DNA of 35,951 nt from Sarea resinae. Lineage: Eukaryota. How positions within the stretch are numbered: the first letter of the stretch is position 1; each line of letters opens with the position of its first letter. The notes under the pieces were generated by a model, which saw only the letters and a program-made list of their open reading frames with translations, searched no databases and was not told the DNA's origin. The stretch is taken from positions 1 through 35,951 of the forward strand of contig JAPEUD010000120.1 in assembly GCA_026026165.1 (NCBI GenBank). The letters are read 5' to 3'. This document shows, one piece after another, positions 1-10,811 of this stretch. The translations under genes were made by a program, and so were the position numbers.

Positions 1-390
1 GGGGCTACACGAGACAGATAAATCAGTGCTAATCCTGATCACCGATCCCAATCATAATGAGAAGGATACCTAAGCTCGTCTCTCTCCTGTCTCCTACCGG
101 TGGTTTGCTAGAAGATATTTGCTGTTGACAACCTATTGCTCTTGTGTATGCATGTATGTATGTATGCATGTAAGCACGTAAAGGAAGAGGAAGAGGACAG
201 GAAAAAGGAAAGGGGAAGACATTTATTTTACATAGTTCGAGTACAAAGTAGCTTGTCTCTACTCTCTCTACTCTCTCTCCTACTATCAAGTACAGTGGGT
301 ACTATCTATCTATCTTCTCTGTATGATATCTCTTGATACCTAAGTAAGTAAAGCATCCCCAGTATACAAAGTAAGGCCTACTACGTATTC

Positions 391-464
391 GACCTACTTG
401 ACCTACTTTCTCTACTCGACCTACTGGTTATTCAATCTACCTTGGTCGACCTACTCGACCTACT
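391..464. repeat. Degenerate short tandem repeat, five copies of GACCTACT (approximately 9-bp period)
   Basis: GACCTACT at 391, 400, 418, 448 and 457, inside a TpA-rich non-coding stretch. Confidence 0.7.
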
Positions 465-822
465 CTAAGGCATCTACGGTATGTTTGAAACCTCTACAAC
501 ATCGGCTGGCTTGTTTGCCCGTACACACACAAGCTTAACGATTTTATTGTAAACCAAGATAAAACTAATCATGGCTGTGCATGGCTGTAAAGCACGGTAC
601 TAGTAATCACTTGTATGAGAGACTATCAAGAGAAAGATGGATATGGATATGAAGATTGGATGAGGCTGAATATAAGGACGGATCTGGAATCCTCGTGACG
701 CAGAAAACCGTAACGAGGCGCTTGATTACAACAGGACTCGCTCGATCACTCCCCTTTACCAGGTGCCCCTTTACTCAATAGGTGAAATGAACACCACACC
801 ACACCACACCACATACATGTTC

Positions 823-2318
823 TCACATCCTCGCTCTCTCGACGACAACACTACCGCCAGCACCACCACCAGCAAAAGCACCCTCAGTCCCCGGAACCTC
901 GCCCCGAAGATACGTCTTCCAAGCCCCGTCGACCTCGGCATCGACATCGTACCCAAACAGCCACGGCTGGAAGACGGGATCGCGCCACCGATTGGGGAAC
1001 CCCTCGAATGGCTTGTCGTGCGCCTCGACGAGCTGCCGATCGCGCTCGCGCTGGCGCGCGCCGTCCGGCATGTGGAAGACGTCCCGCAGCGCCGTCGAGC
1101 CCTTGACGATGCGCGTCGTGCGCGGCTTGCGCAGGCTCTCGTAGAGCGTGAGGACGTCGGGCAGCTGGGCCGGGTCGGAGAGGCGGGCGAGCAAGGCGCC
1201 GAGCACGGCGGCGTCTTCGATGGCCATGGCTGCGCCTTGGGCCAGGTACGGCAGCGTGGCGTGGCATGCGTCGCCAAGGAGGCTGAATCTGCCCGCCGGG
1301 TGCGACCAGCTGCGCATCTCCTCGCTGTTCTGCAGCCGCCATTTGCTCGTCTCCTGCACGATGCCGAGTAAGGCCTTGAGCCGCGGATCCCAGCCCTCGA
1401 ACAGGGCCCGCATCTCCTCGAGGTCCGCCTTGGCCGTGTTCACCATCTCCGGCAGGTTGTCCGGGCAGATGAGCACGATGTTGTAGAGGCCGCCTCCCTG
1501 GAGCAGATAGCAGACGGCGTGCGCCGACGGGCCCATCCAGTAGTTGATCGCTGGTTTCTCGACCAGAGGTTGGAGCAGCGGGTGTGAGGACATGTCGGCG
1601 GCGCGCACGACGATCCGGTAGGCGAGGTCGCCCGTGAGGTGTGGGGGGTCGGCATGGCCGAGGAGGGCTTCGCGGCAGATGGACTTGAGACCGTCGGCGC
1701 CGATGACGAGGGAGGCGCGAACTTCCTCTTCTGTTGCCTGCGGGGGCTGGTTGGAAGAGGAAGATGAAGGAGCGGCTGGAGGGTAGGAGTCGGGACGACG
1801 TATATAGACGGCTGGCTTTTCAAAATCGATTCGCCGGACCGCACAACCTAATCGAATATCGACGCCAACCTCCTTTGCGGCGTCGACGAGGATGCGATGG
1901 TAGTCTGCGCGGTGGATGTGGAGGTACGGCACCCCATATGTCTCAATGGCATAGGGAAGCATGTTCTGCGCGGACAGCACCGCGCCATCACGGTAGGATC
2001 TTAGGAGGAAGTCTCTGGGTCGCACCGATACCTTTTCGATCTTTTCGAGGAGTCCCCATCGTTTGAGCAGTCTCGAAGAATTGGGCGGGATTTGAATTCC
2101 CGCTCCAATCTTTCGGCAAGTCAGTAAATAAACAAGTCAAAAAAGGATCCCCAAAGGCCCTACGAGGTATGACGAGTAAGAAGCTTGCTCACCTCCCCCA
2201 AGACAGGAGCCTGCTCAAGAACAGTAACCCTATGCCCGGCCTTTGTGACCGCAATAGCGGCAGCCAGACCCCCGAGCCCAGCACCGACGATAACAACATG
2301 GAGTTCAGGCTTAGGCAT
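823..2318 (-). CDS. FAD-dependent monooxygenase, salicylate hydroxylase-like (about 470 aa, 2 exons: 2318-2193, 2109-823)
   Basis: Rossmann motif VVIVGAGLGGL in exon 1. GT..CTGAC..AAG intron at 2192-2110 joins LGE to IGAGIQIPPNSSRLL. DG motif VIGADGLKS and GD motif LLGDACHATLPYLAQGAAMAIEDA present. Confidence 0.92.
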
Positions 2319-3283
2319 GATGACGGACTTGCAAATAAAACTCAATCAATCGAATCCATCCAAGAGAGGAGATGCCGGGTCTTGAGGTCCTCGTCTAGGA
2401 ACGGCATCGTCAGAAATATATGAGGGCGCGAGGGTGCGAGGGCATGAGCTCGTTCGGGGTCAGAAAAGCCGTAGGTAGAGCCGGGCGATTTGGTTTGGCT
2501 GGCTGGCTGCAGGGCTGCATGCATCTTGGCATTGCATTGGCATTGGCACTGATATTGGCGGTAGAAGATCCAAGGCAGGCGGGATCGGCAAATGCTGCCT
2601 GCATAGCTGGCGGTTGGAGAAAAGAGTCTCTGTACGAGGGAGTCCAGTCGAAGAGAGAGCAGAGCAGAGCAAGGGAGGGCAAGTATTGTCGTGTGTACGA
2701 AGAGCAGATCAATCATTAGCCTGCGGTAATTGACACGGGATTGACACGGGAGTCCTCGTCGGGAACGGGCTATCACAAGTCAATGCGGGGAAGACGCGCA
2801 GGATGGGGTAACGTTAATCATTGGCGATCTGCATCTGCACCTTGATTTGGACCCCTCGGCAAACACTGCCGGGTGTCATAGTCATTGCCATTGCCAGTGG
2901 CAGCGTCCGTGTCATCATCCCAACCGCCCGGGAGGAGTCAGGCATCTCCCTACCCGACCATCGAAGATAGATCTGAATCTTATGATTGAATGGTATTGTT
3001 TCTCGATTATCTACAATGCAATTGTATGAGTCGAGAGTATGCTCGCACATCTAGCGCGACCGAGTGGAAGAGCAATACAAGACGGGCTTCACGATACAGA
3101 GAAGACCCGGAAACGATAAGAACCTAGTAGAACGCCATAGACAGTGGAAGCAAAAGCCCATACGCACCGTCCTCAATCCGTAATACCATGAACAAAAGAG
3201 AATCATGCGAGCGACTTGAGTAGACATTACAGCGGCGGGTCACCAATAGACCAGATAGAGATGCGTCATGACGATTATCACAT

Positions 3284-6283
3284 CTAACAGCTGCACATCA
3301 GGCACGCCTCCTTGTTCTCAATGCTACCTATTCGGCTGTCAGTCAATCAAATCCGGTAGATTGCTACGACAAAGCTTCACTTACACTGTAGAGCCGCATC
3401 AGAGTAGATGTCACTCTCGCGATCTTTACTCGTCTTCTCTGAGTCTTCCTCTTGCTTCTTCTCGGGCGAAATTGCGGCGGCTGGAAGCTCGACCTCTTTC
3501 GGCGGGCTCCCAATGGGATCCGTGTGCAGAAGCTTCGGGCTATCGCCTTCTTTGATATCTGCTTTGAATGCCGGCGCCGAGTGAGGAGCCTGAGGGGCCT
3601 TTTTCGGAGAAACCGAAGGCTTCATGTTCTCTTGCATGACCTGAGGGGAAAGGGAACGAGATTGAGTAGTGGGAGGGGTGCCTGGCTGAGAAGGCTTTTT
3701 CATGTACATGGGACGAGGAGTGGGAGCGTGGTAGCTGGTTGATGGGGTAGTACGCTTCTTTGGTCCCCCAACACGAGCGACAGCGCTATCGGCAACCTTG
3801 AGAGCCTCTTGGTCGACGGTGAATTGAATGGGTGCCGAAGCGGCCATGGTGCGGAGATAGTACATTCCTGTCTTCAAACCAAGCTTCCAACCCGCAAAGT
3901 GCATGCTGGTGATCTTGCCCATGGTAGGTTCTTTCATGTGGATGTTCAGAGACTGAGATTGGTCGATGAAAGCACCTCGGTCAGCGGCCATCTGGACAAT
4001 AGTGCGCTGCGAGATTTCCCAGACAGTCTTGTAGAGAGCCTTGGTTTCGGCTGGGATGTTGGGAATGTTCTGGATGGAACCACCATCAGCGATGATGCGG
4101 TTCTTCATGTTTTCAGACCAGAGTCCCATGTCGACAAGGTCCTTGAGCAGCCAGGGATTGACGACTTGAAACTCTCCTGCAAGCACCCGACGGGAGTAGA
4201 TATTGGACGTATAGGGCTCGAAGCATTCATTGAAGCCGAGAATCTGGCTTGTGCTGGCCGTTGGCATCGGGGCACACAGCAAGCTGTTTCGGACGCCGTG
4301 CTTGGCAATATCTTCCTTCAACGAATCCCAGTCCCAGAGATCGGTGGGAGTAACATTCCACATGTCATACTGCAGAATGCCTTGGGAGACGGGCGAGCCC
4401 TCATATGTCGAGTATGGGCCTAGTTCCTTTGCAAGTTCGCAAGAAGCTGTCAAACCTGCGTGGTAGATCGTCTCAAAGATCTGGATGTTCAATTGCCTAG
4501 CCTCGGGAGAGTCGAAGGGCAGACGGAGAGCAAGGAACGCGTCTGCCAGACCACAGACACCGAGAGCAATAGGTCGGTGTCGGAAATTGCTGCGCTTAGC
4601 TTCCTCCACGGGATAATGATTGACCTCGATAATCTGGTTGAGGTTTCTCACGACGACTTGAACCACCTCGTGAAGCTTAGCAAAGTCATATGTACCTTCA
4701 TGCATATCGACATAGGTAGGCAATGCAAGAGAAGCCAAGTTGCAGACGGCAACCTCATCAGGAGCGCAGTACTCGACGATTTCAGTGCAGAGATTCGAGT
4801 TTCGAATAGTACCGAGGTTCTTCTGGTTGCTCTTTCGGTTGCAAGCATCCTTGTAGAGCATAAAGGGATTGCCTGTCTCCGTCTGCGCCTCCAAAATGGC
4901 ATACCAAAGCTTCTGCGCCTTGATGGTCTTGCGGCCTCGACCCTCTCTCTCGTATCTAGAATGACGTCAGCGAGTGCTCGCGGATAGATCCAAGAGGAAA
5001 CCTACTGTTCATAAAGAGCTTCAAATTCGTCGCCATAGACGTCTGCTAGGCCCGGAGCCTCATTAGGGCAGAAGAGTGTCCACTCGCCGTTCTTCTCGAC
5101 ACGTTTCATGAAAAGATCTGGAGTCCACAGGGCGAAGAATAGGTCGCGAGCCCGGACCTCCTCCTTCCCATGGTTCTTTCGTAGGTCCAAGAACTCGAAG
5201 ACGTCTGAATGCCAGGGCTCCAGGTAGATGGCAAAGGCACCTGGTCGTTTGTTGCCTCCTTGGTCGACGTAACGAGCAGTGTTATTGAAGACTCGAAGCA
5301 TGGGCACAATGCCATTTGATGAACCGTTTGTGCCACCAATGTAAGAGCCAGTCGCACGGATACGATGGATGTTTAGACCAATGCCACCAGCATACTTGGA
5401 GATCATCGCGCAGGTCTTGAGGGTGTCATAGATTCCCTCGATGCTGTCTTCCTTCATGTCGACGAGGAAACATGATGCCATCTGTGCCAATGGGGTACCA
5501 GCATTGAACAGGGTGGGTGAGGCATGTGTGAAGTACTTGTTCGACATGAGATTGTAGCTCTCAACCGCTCTCTCGATATTGTCTCCGTGGATGCCGACAG
5601 CAACACGCATGATCATGTGCTGAGGACGCTCCGCGACCTTGTTGTCGATCTTCAGGAGGTATGATCGTTCGAGGGTCTTGAAGCCGAAGTATTGATAGTT
5701 GAAGTCGCGGTCGTAGACGATCGCGGAGTTGAGCTCCTCGGCGTGATCCATTACGACCTTATAAGTGGCCTCCGAGATCATCGGAGCTGCTTTGCCGTTC
5801 TTCGGATTGACGTAGTGATAGAGATCGGATATAACCGACGAGAATTGCTTTTTGGTCTGCTTGTGAAGGTTGGAGACGGCAATGCGGGCAGCCAAGATAG
5901 CATAATCCGGGTGGGTGACTGTCATGTAGGCAGCTGTTTCGGCAGCCTGAGGAAAAGTTAGCATTCCACACTCGGGCCGGTGTCAATGACGACGACAAGG
6001 ATGGGATACATACAAGATTGTCAAGCTCGATAGTGGTGACACCTTGGTAGACACCGGAAATGACCTTCATTGTGATAGCGGCGGCATCGACATGCTCCGG
6101 ATCAAGACCATAACATAGCCTCGACACCCGGGCTGTGATCTTGTCGAACTGCACGCGTTCCTTGCGGCCATCTGTGATTGAGAGGTGTCAGCCATCAACA
6201 GGTTAGATGCTCGAGGTGTGGAATCAACGCGTGCAGGGGACACGCGTGATTTTCATCGACATACCTCTCTTGTAAACGAACAT
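3284..6283 (-). CDS. RNR1: Ribonucleoside-diphosphate reductase large subunit (about 910 aa, 5 exons: 6283-6265, 6171-6014, 5946-5006, 4955-3385, 3327-3284)
   Basis: N-terminal ATP cone [19 protein letters not shown]. Catalytic motifs [17 protein letters not shown] and GMYY. C-terminal [14 protein letters not shown]. All introns GT-AG and the exon sum is in frame. Confidence 0.97.
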
Positions 6284-6919
6284 CTTGGGATCGCTAGCTC
6301 TGTTTTTCAATATCTGGTACCAATGTCAGCGAACGACCTTGGGTCGAATGAATCTTCGCTCGATCTTGCTCTCTCTGTCGACGATGAGGCGAGAAGAGAA
6401 GAAAAGAGAAGATCAGAAGAGACGAGGAGAAAAGATAGGATTTCTGTTGGGCAGGGTGTAGAGTGGCAGAAGAGGGTTTATTTAAGAAGAAGAAAGGGAG
6501 GGTTAGCCGACGCGGCGCGGCGCGGGCTCGAACGACGTATTGGGCATGGATACGCGCTCTCGCGCGTGTTGGGTGACTAACCTGATATCGAAGGCCTTGT
6601 GCCTTGAACGTTCCCACGGTGTCGTTTATCAAAGTAAGGTAGGCTTTGCTCGTTGGATCCACTCCCGCTGGCTTGGCCAGTCCCGATCTAGTATGGTGTC
6701 AGCTCTCGAACGACTGTTGCTTCGGAGGAGGTTGGATATTCCTACGTTGGTCCGAGTGAGTCCGCCACTGATATGTTAGCTTCCGAACGACTTTTGCTTG
6801 TTAGGAGATTGGTATGGATTCTTACATGCTGTTTATGGCTCTCTCGATCCAGCCTCGGTGAGGTTGTGTTAGCTTAAGGGCTCTCGAAAGAGTGTTAGTT
6901 TTGGATTTTACCTACGCGT
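6227..6919. promoter_or_regulatory. Cluster of MCB-type (ACGCGT/ACGCG) cell-cycle boxes around the RNR1 start
   Basis: ACGCGT at 6227 and 6242 (both in intron 1) and at 6914. ACGCG/CGCG runs at about 6510-6567. RNR genes are classical MBF targets in ascomycetes. Confidence 0.6.
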
Positions 6920-7129
6920 TTACTTCCGGTAGAGGTCCGTCTCGGCGGTGTCGGTGATTTTGCTCTCGAAATATAAAGATCCAGAAGCAGATAATCCAGC
7001 TGAATGCGAAGATGCACGAGGCCCACGTAAGAAGGTTTAGGTGTAATTCGACGACCATGATTGATCATGGTTGATGGATGGGTTGGAGGATGGGAGTAGG
7101 TTTTACGATCACCAATGCATTCACTTTAC

Positions 7130-7700
7130 ACCTAAGGTACCTAAGTAGCGAGCTAGGTCTAAGGGCTCCTTCCTAGATCTATCAAACAAGATCTCTATAA
7201 ATAATAGTAATAGATAGTTTAATATCTTCTCTAGAGATAATTAGATTGTAAGCTTAGATTGTAAGCTTAGCTATAGATATAGTTATAGATATATAAAATA
7301 TAATAATAAATATAATTACTATATAGATATTAATTCTACTTATTCTACTAAAATCTAGAAAATTTGCCTTAGACTTTCTTTTTATAGGTTGCCTATTTAA
7401 GCATGCTTAGTTATGCTATAATAGCGCTAGGTAATACCTAGCGCTATAAAAGAAGGTCTAAGTATACTAAGGTAAGTTTACTAGCTTAATAGTACTATAC
7501 TATATAGTAGAGCTTAATATCTATAGATATAGAAATAGCAGAGGCTATTAGAGTCACATGTGAAAGAGCATTGCTAGCATTTGCTGTCACTCTTATTATT
7601 GTATTACATAAGTAATAGATTACTATCGCTTGCTACCTTAGAGGTAGCTAGGCTATACCTTTAGATAAGGTAGTTAAGAATACTATTAGATGCTTCTAAG
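7130..7700. mobile_element. AT-rich, RIP-degraded repeat relic (origin not recognisable)
   Basis: Abrupt drop in GC with strong TpA enrichment (ctag, tata, ttag) and CpA/TpG depletion. Internal 13-bp tandem duplication TTAGATTGTAAGC at about 7241-7266. No ORF. Confidence 0.65.
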
Positions 7701-7701
7701 T

Positions 7702-8622
7702 CTACCAGAGTCTCCCGATCACGATATTACTAATTAGTGACCATCTTCCATAAGACGTCGTACGTAGATCTCTCCAGTCGTCCCTTCTCACTTCCCACTC
7801 ATATGACACTCGATCGGGGTCGACCCATTTGTCCCATTGGCTTGGAGGCCCGAGTCTTCCGAAAAAGCTCGGCTGCAAACATACACGGCCGTCTTCAGGC
7901 CGAACCTCCAGCTGTGCCCTACTGAAGTCACTGACGCGGTGATACAACTTGCAAGCGCCGCACAGCAGAAAGTAATCGCGCGCCGCCCATGTGGATCTTT
8001 CTGGGTGCCGGTTCACGAATCGTGCTTCAAGCTTGCAACCCAGGTGGAAGTAGAGCAGGCGCTCCTGCCCATGAGAACATATGCGCAGGTGGGCGGGCTT
8101 GCGCAGTTCAGCTAGAGGGAATTTTATCCAGGGATGCTCGCACATACAGAAAGCGCACGGCGATTTATGCGCGATGGTGCGATACCACAGGCCTAGCAGG
8201 CTCCTCGCTTCCCTCCTTCGGCGGACTATTTCTCTCTCGATATGATCAAATTTCAGGCACCATCGGATGCCATTCATCTGCCGCTGCCAGCCGCTATTGA
8301 GATAGAAATGCCTACTCGTCTGCCGAAAAGCGAGGATCGAGCTCGGAGAGAGGACATCGACGATATTAAATAAGATATCTGGCGGCAGCCTCATTAGTGA
8401 TGGTTCCTTCTGCCTTGGAGAGACACTGAAGGGCAGGCCGCCGTCGGAATGATTGAAATGAACGACCCTTCGCTTGAGGATGGCTATCATGAGTCCAAGA
8501 CATTTGAAGATGATGAGAAGCGCATATATCTTGAGGCTTGGCGTGCGATACATGGGCCGAAGAAGTCGGAAGCACCTGAATGGACTGCGACAATGGCCCA
8601 CTTCTCGATATGGGTCGCACAT
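7702..8622 (-). CDS. F-box domain protein with two tandem CCHC-type repeats (start uncertain: ATG at 8622, 8553 or 8490)
   Basis: F-box-like segment SLMRLPPDILFNIVDVLSPSSILAFRQTSRHF, followed by two C-x2-C-x3-H...RxC repeats. Confidence 0.75.
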   Translation of the reverse strand: MCDPYREVGHCRSPFRCFRLLRPMYRTPSLKIYALLIIFKCLGLMIAILKRRVVHFNHSDGGLPFSVSPRQKEPSLMRLPPDILFNIVDVLSPSSILAFRQTSRHFYLNSGWQRQMNGIRWCLKFDHIEREIVRRRREARSLLGLWYRTIAHKSPCAFCMCEHPWIKFPLAELRKPAHLRICSHGQERLLYFHLGCKLEARFVNRHPERSTWAARDYFLLCGACKLYHRVSDFSRAQLEVRPEDGRVCLQPSFFGRLGPPSQWDKWVDPDRVSYEWEVRRDDWRDLRTTSYGRWSLISNIVIGRLW

Positions 8623-9134
8623 CACACAACGTCAAGGCTCCTGCCTTGAAAGGATCCAAATGGCTATCGGCGGCCGTCGTTTGATAATAGGAAATGGCTG
8701 GCAAAGCTCGTCGTGATGAGACGGCGAGAGTCGGGCAAGAGGCATGGGCGTCACATAGAATTATAGCGAAGGGATCGGCAATCGCGAAGGCACAGGGGAG
8801 ACAGGCATAGCTTCAGGAGCAGAGACGAGCTTGATCTTTATTTCTTGCACTTTTCTTTTGTCTTTTTTTTGACACTTGTCCTAATCCCATTTTGATCTGT
8901 AAAGGGACTGACGGCGCTCAACCCGGTACCTCATACACTCTGTGCGAAGTAGTAGCACATGCAGGAATTGCTCGAGTATCAAGTACCTACCCAGCCAGGT
9001 CCCCACCCAGCCAGGTAGAAAACTTCCCAAACGCACTTTTACCTCCGGCAGTCGGTCCACAGTAATAATGAGATAGAAGAGGCAAGGTAAGTGAGGCAAG
9101 GTAAGTAAGTAAGAACCCTGTCAGATAGGTATCA

Positions 9135-10600
9135 TTACCTATTGGCCTGCGCAGCGATATCTTGAGCCCTCTCCACAGCCGCATCGCCACCCACGACGGT
9201 CTTCCTCGCAGGTAGTGTCTGCTTCAATGGTGGCAGAAGACTTCTCGCCGTCTGCCTTGCTTGCTGCGCGAGCACGTTATCCATGAGGACCAGTGCAGCC
9301 ATGGCCTCAACGATCGGGACAGCTCGAGGTACAACGCAAGGGTCGTGCCTTCCCTTTGCCTCCAGGATGCCTTCCTCCGAATCGTAAGTTGCTGTGGCCT
9401 GAGCTTGGCCTATGGTCGCTGGAGGCTTGAATGCTACACGAAAATAGATAGGCGCGCCATTCGTGATTCCCCCTTGGACGCCACCTGAGTTGTTGGTCTT
9501 AGTCATCAGCCGTGGTCGAGATGATGGAGGTGCAGCAACGCCGGACTGTGATGGTGGGACGGCGGGGGCGGAAATGAAAGCATCGTTGTGCACCGAGCCT
9601 GGGATCTCGCAACCGCCGAAGCCAGAGCCTATCTCGAACCCCTTCGTGGCCGGTATGCTTAGCATTGCGTGTGCTAGCATAGCCTCTAGCTTGTCAAAGG
9701 CTGGCTCCCCGAGCCCGGTCGGAACGTTTTTGATCACGCACGTCACCGTACCGCCTATGCTGTCCTTTCTGTCGCGGTAATCGGCGATGAGATCCGCCAT
9801 GCGCTCTGAACTTTCCTCGTTGGGGCACCGGACCGGCAGAAAGGAGTCGACAGTCTTACGGTCGATCGTCTCGATGAGTGAAAGGAAGGCGGGGTTCGTG
9901 GAAGGCGATGGGTGGGTCGGAGTAGGAGGAAACAAATGCTCATTGCCGACTGAGCTGACGAATGCGGTGATCTCCACGCCATGTGCAAGCTTGAGATACT
10001 TCTCCGCGATGGCTCCAGCGGCTACACGACCTGTTGTAGTCTAATGAGCCAGCGGCAAGGCACTAGATTGCGGTTGCGGGCGCCGACTTACCTATAGTCT
10101 CTCGAGCACTGCTTCTGCCCCCACCGCTGCTTGCCTTGACGCCATACTTTTCCAGATATGTGTAGTCTGCGTGACTCGGCCTTGGATACATATCCATCGT
10201 GCTTCCACCATAGTCCTTTGGCCTCTGATCCTCGTTGCGGACCAGCATGCCAATGGGTGTGCCCAAAGTAATGCCAAACTCCGTACCCGATTGAATGGCT
10301 ACCCGGTCTTTCTCGTTTCTCTGGGGGGGACGTTAGTCTTGATATCTATCAGCCATTGGCCTCGAGGACGTACAGGAGTGGTGATGGCGCTCTGCCCAGG
10401 CCGTCGGCGAGTCATTTGAGGCTGGATATCTGCTTCTGTGAGCTCCATGCCGGGAGGGCATCCATCAACGATGCACCCCACCGAGAGGCAATGCGACTCT
10501 CCATAGCTGTTCAGAACGGAAAGTCCATCAGCGATTGATCTTCATATTGGATGAGGTAAACCAACGTGGTAACTCTGAAATACTGGCCAAAGGTTGACAT
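9135..10600 (-). CDS. ARO2: Chorismate synthase (about 430 aa, 4 exons: 10600-10566, 10506-10374, 10320-10092, 10030-9135)
   Basis: [55 protein letters not shown] and [11 protein letters not shown]. Canonical introns restore the frame. Confidence 0.97.
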
Positions 10601-10811
10601 ATTGAGTGCAGTAGTCTCATCCGTTCTTGAAAGACTTGATAATTGATGATGCCGTCAAAAAATATCTCTGACTCCGTAGGTGATCCATGATGACTCTGTC
10701 GAGATTCCGTGATCGGGGACGGGACTTGCCGAGAGGACACTGACCGCCTTGCACATCCAGTCGGGATAGGAATGTTGATATATCGCGTCTCATCTATGCA
10801 TACTCCCAACA
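10601..10811. promoter_or_regulatory. 211-bp bidirectional promoter (ARO2 / lipoate ligase) with two TGACTC Gcn4/CpcA-type sites
   Basis: Divergent ATGs at 10600 and 10812. TGACTC at 10669-10674 and 10691-10696. Confidence 0.6.

Noticed and set aside
123..501. Possible solo LTR with TGTTG...CAACA ends
   Set aside because: The flanking 5-mers (TTTGC vs TCGGC) do not form a target-site duplication, and there is no second copy in the window. Not supportable.
763..1486. Overlapping ORFs 763-1371(+), 771-1277(-), 884-1342(-), 1148-1486(+)
   Set aside because: Shadow frames of the GC-rich monooxygenase coding sequence, with no motifs of their own.
3452..4987. Plus-strand ORFs antisense to RNR1 (up to 204 aa)
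   Set aside because: Antisense artefacts of biased codon usage.
823..10600. Salicylate-hydroxylase-like gene plus chorismate synthase as an aromatic pathway cluster
   Set aside because: They are separated by RNR1 and unrelated genes. ARO2 looks like the ordinary housekeeping copy.
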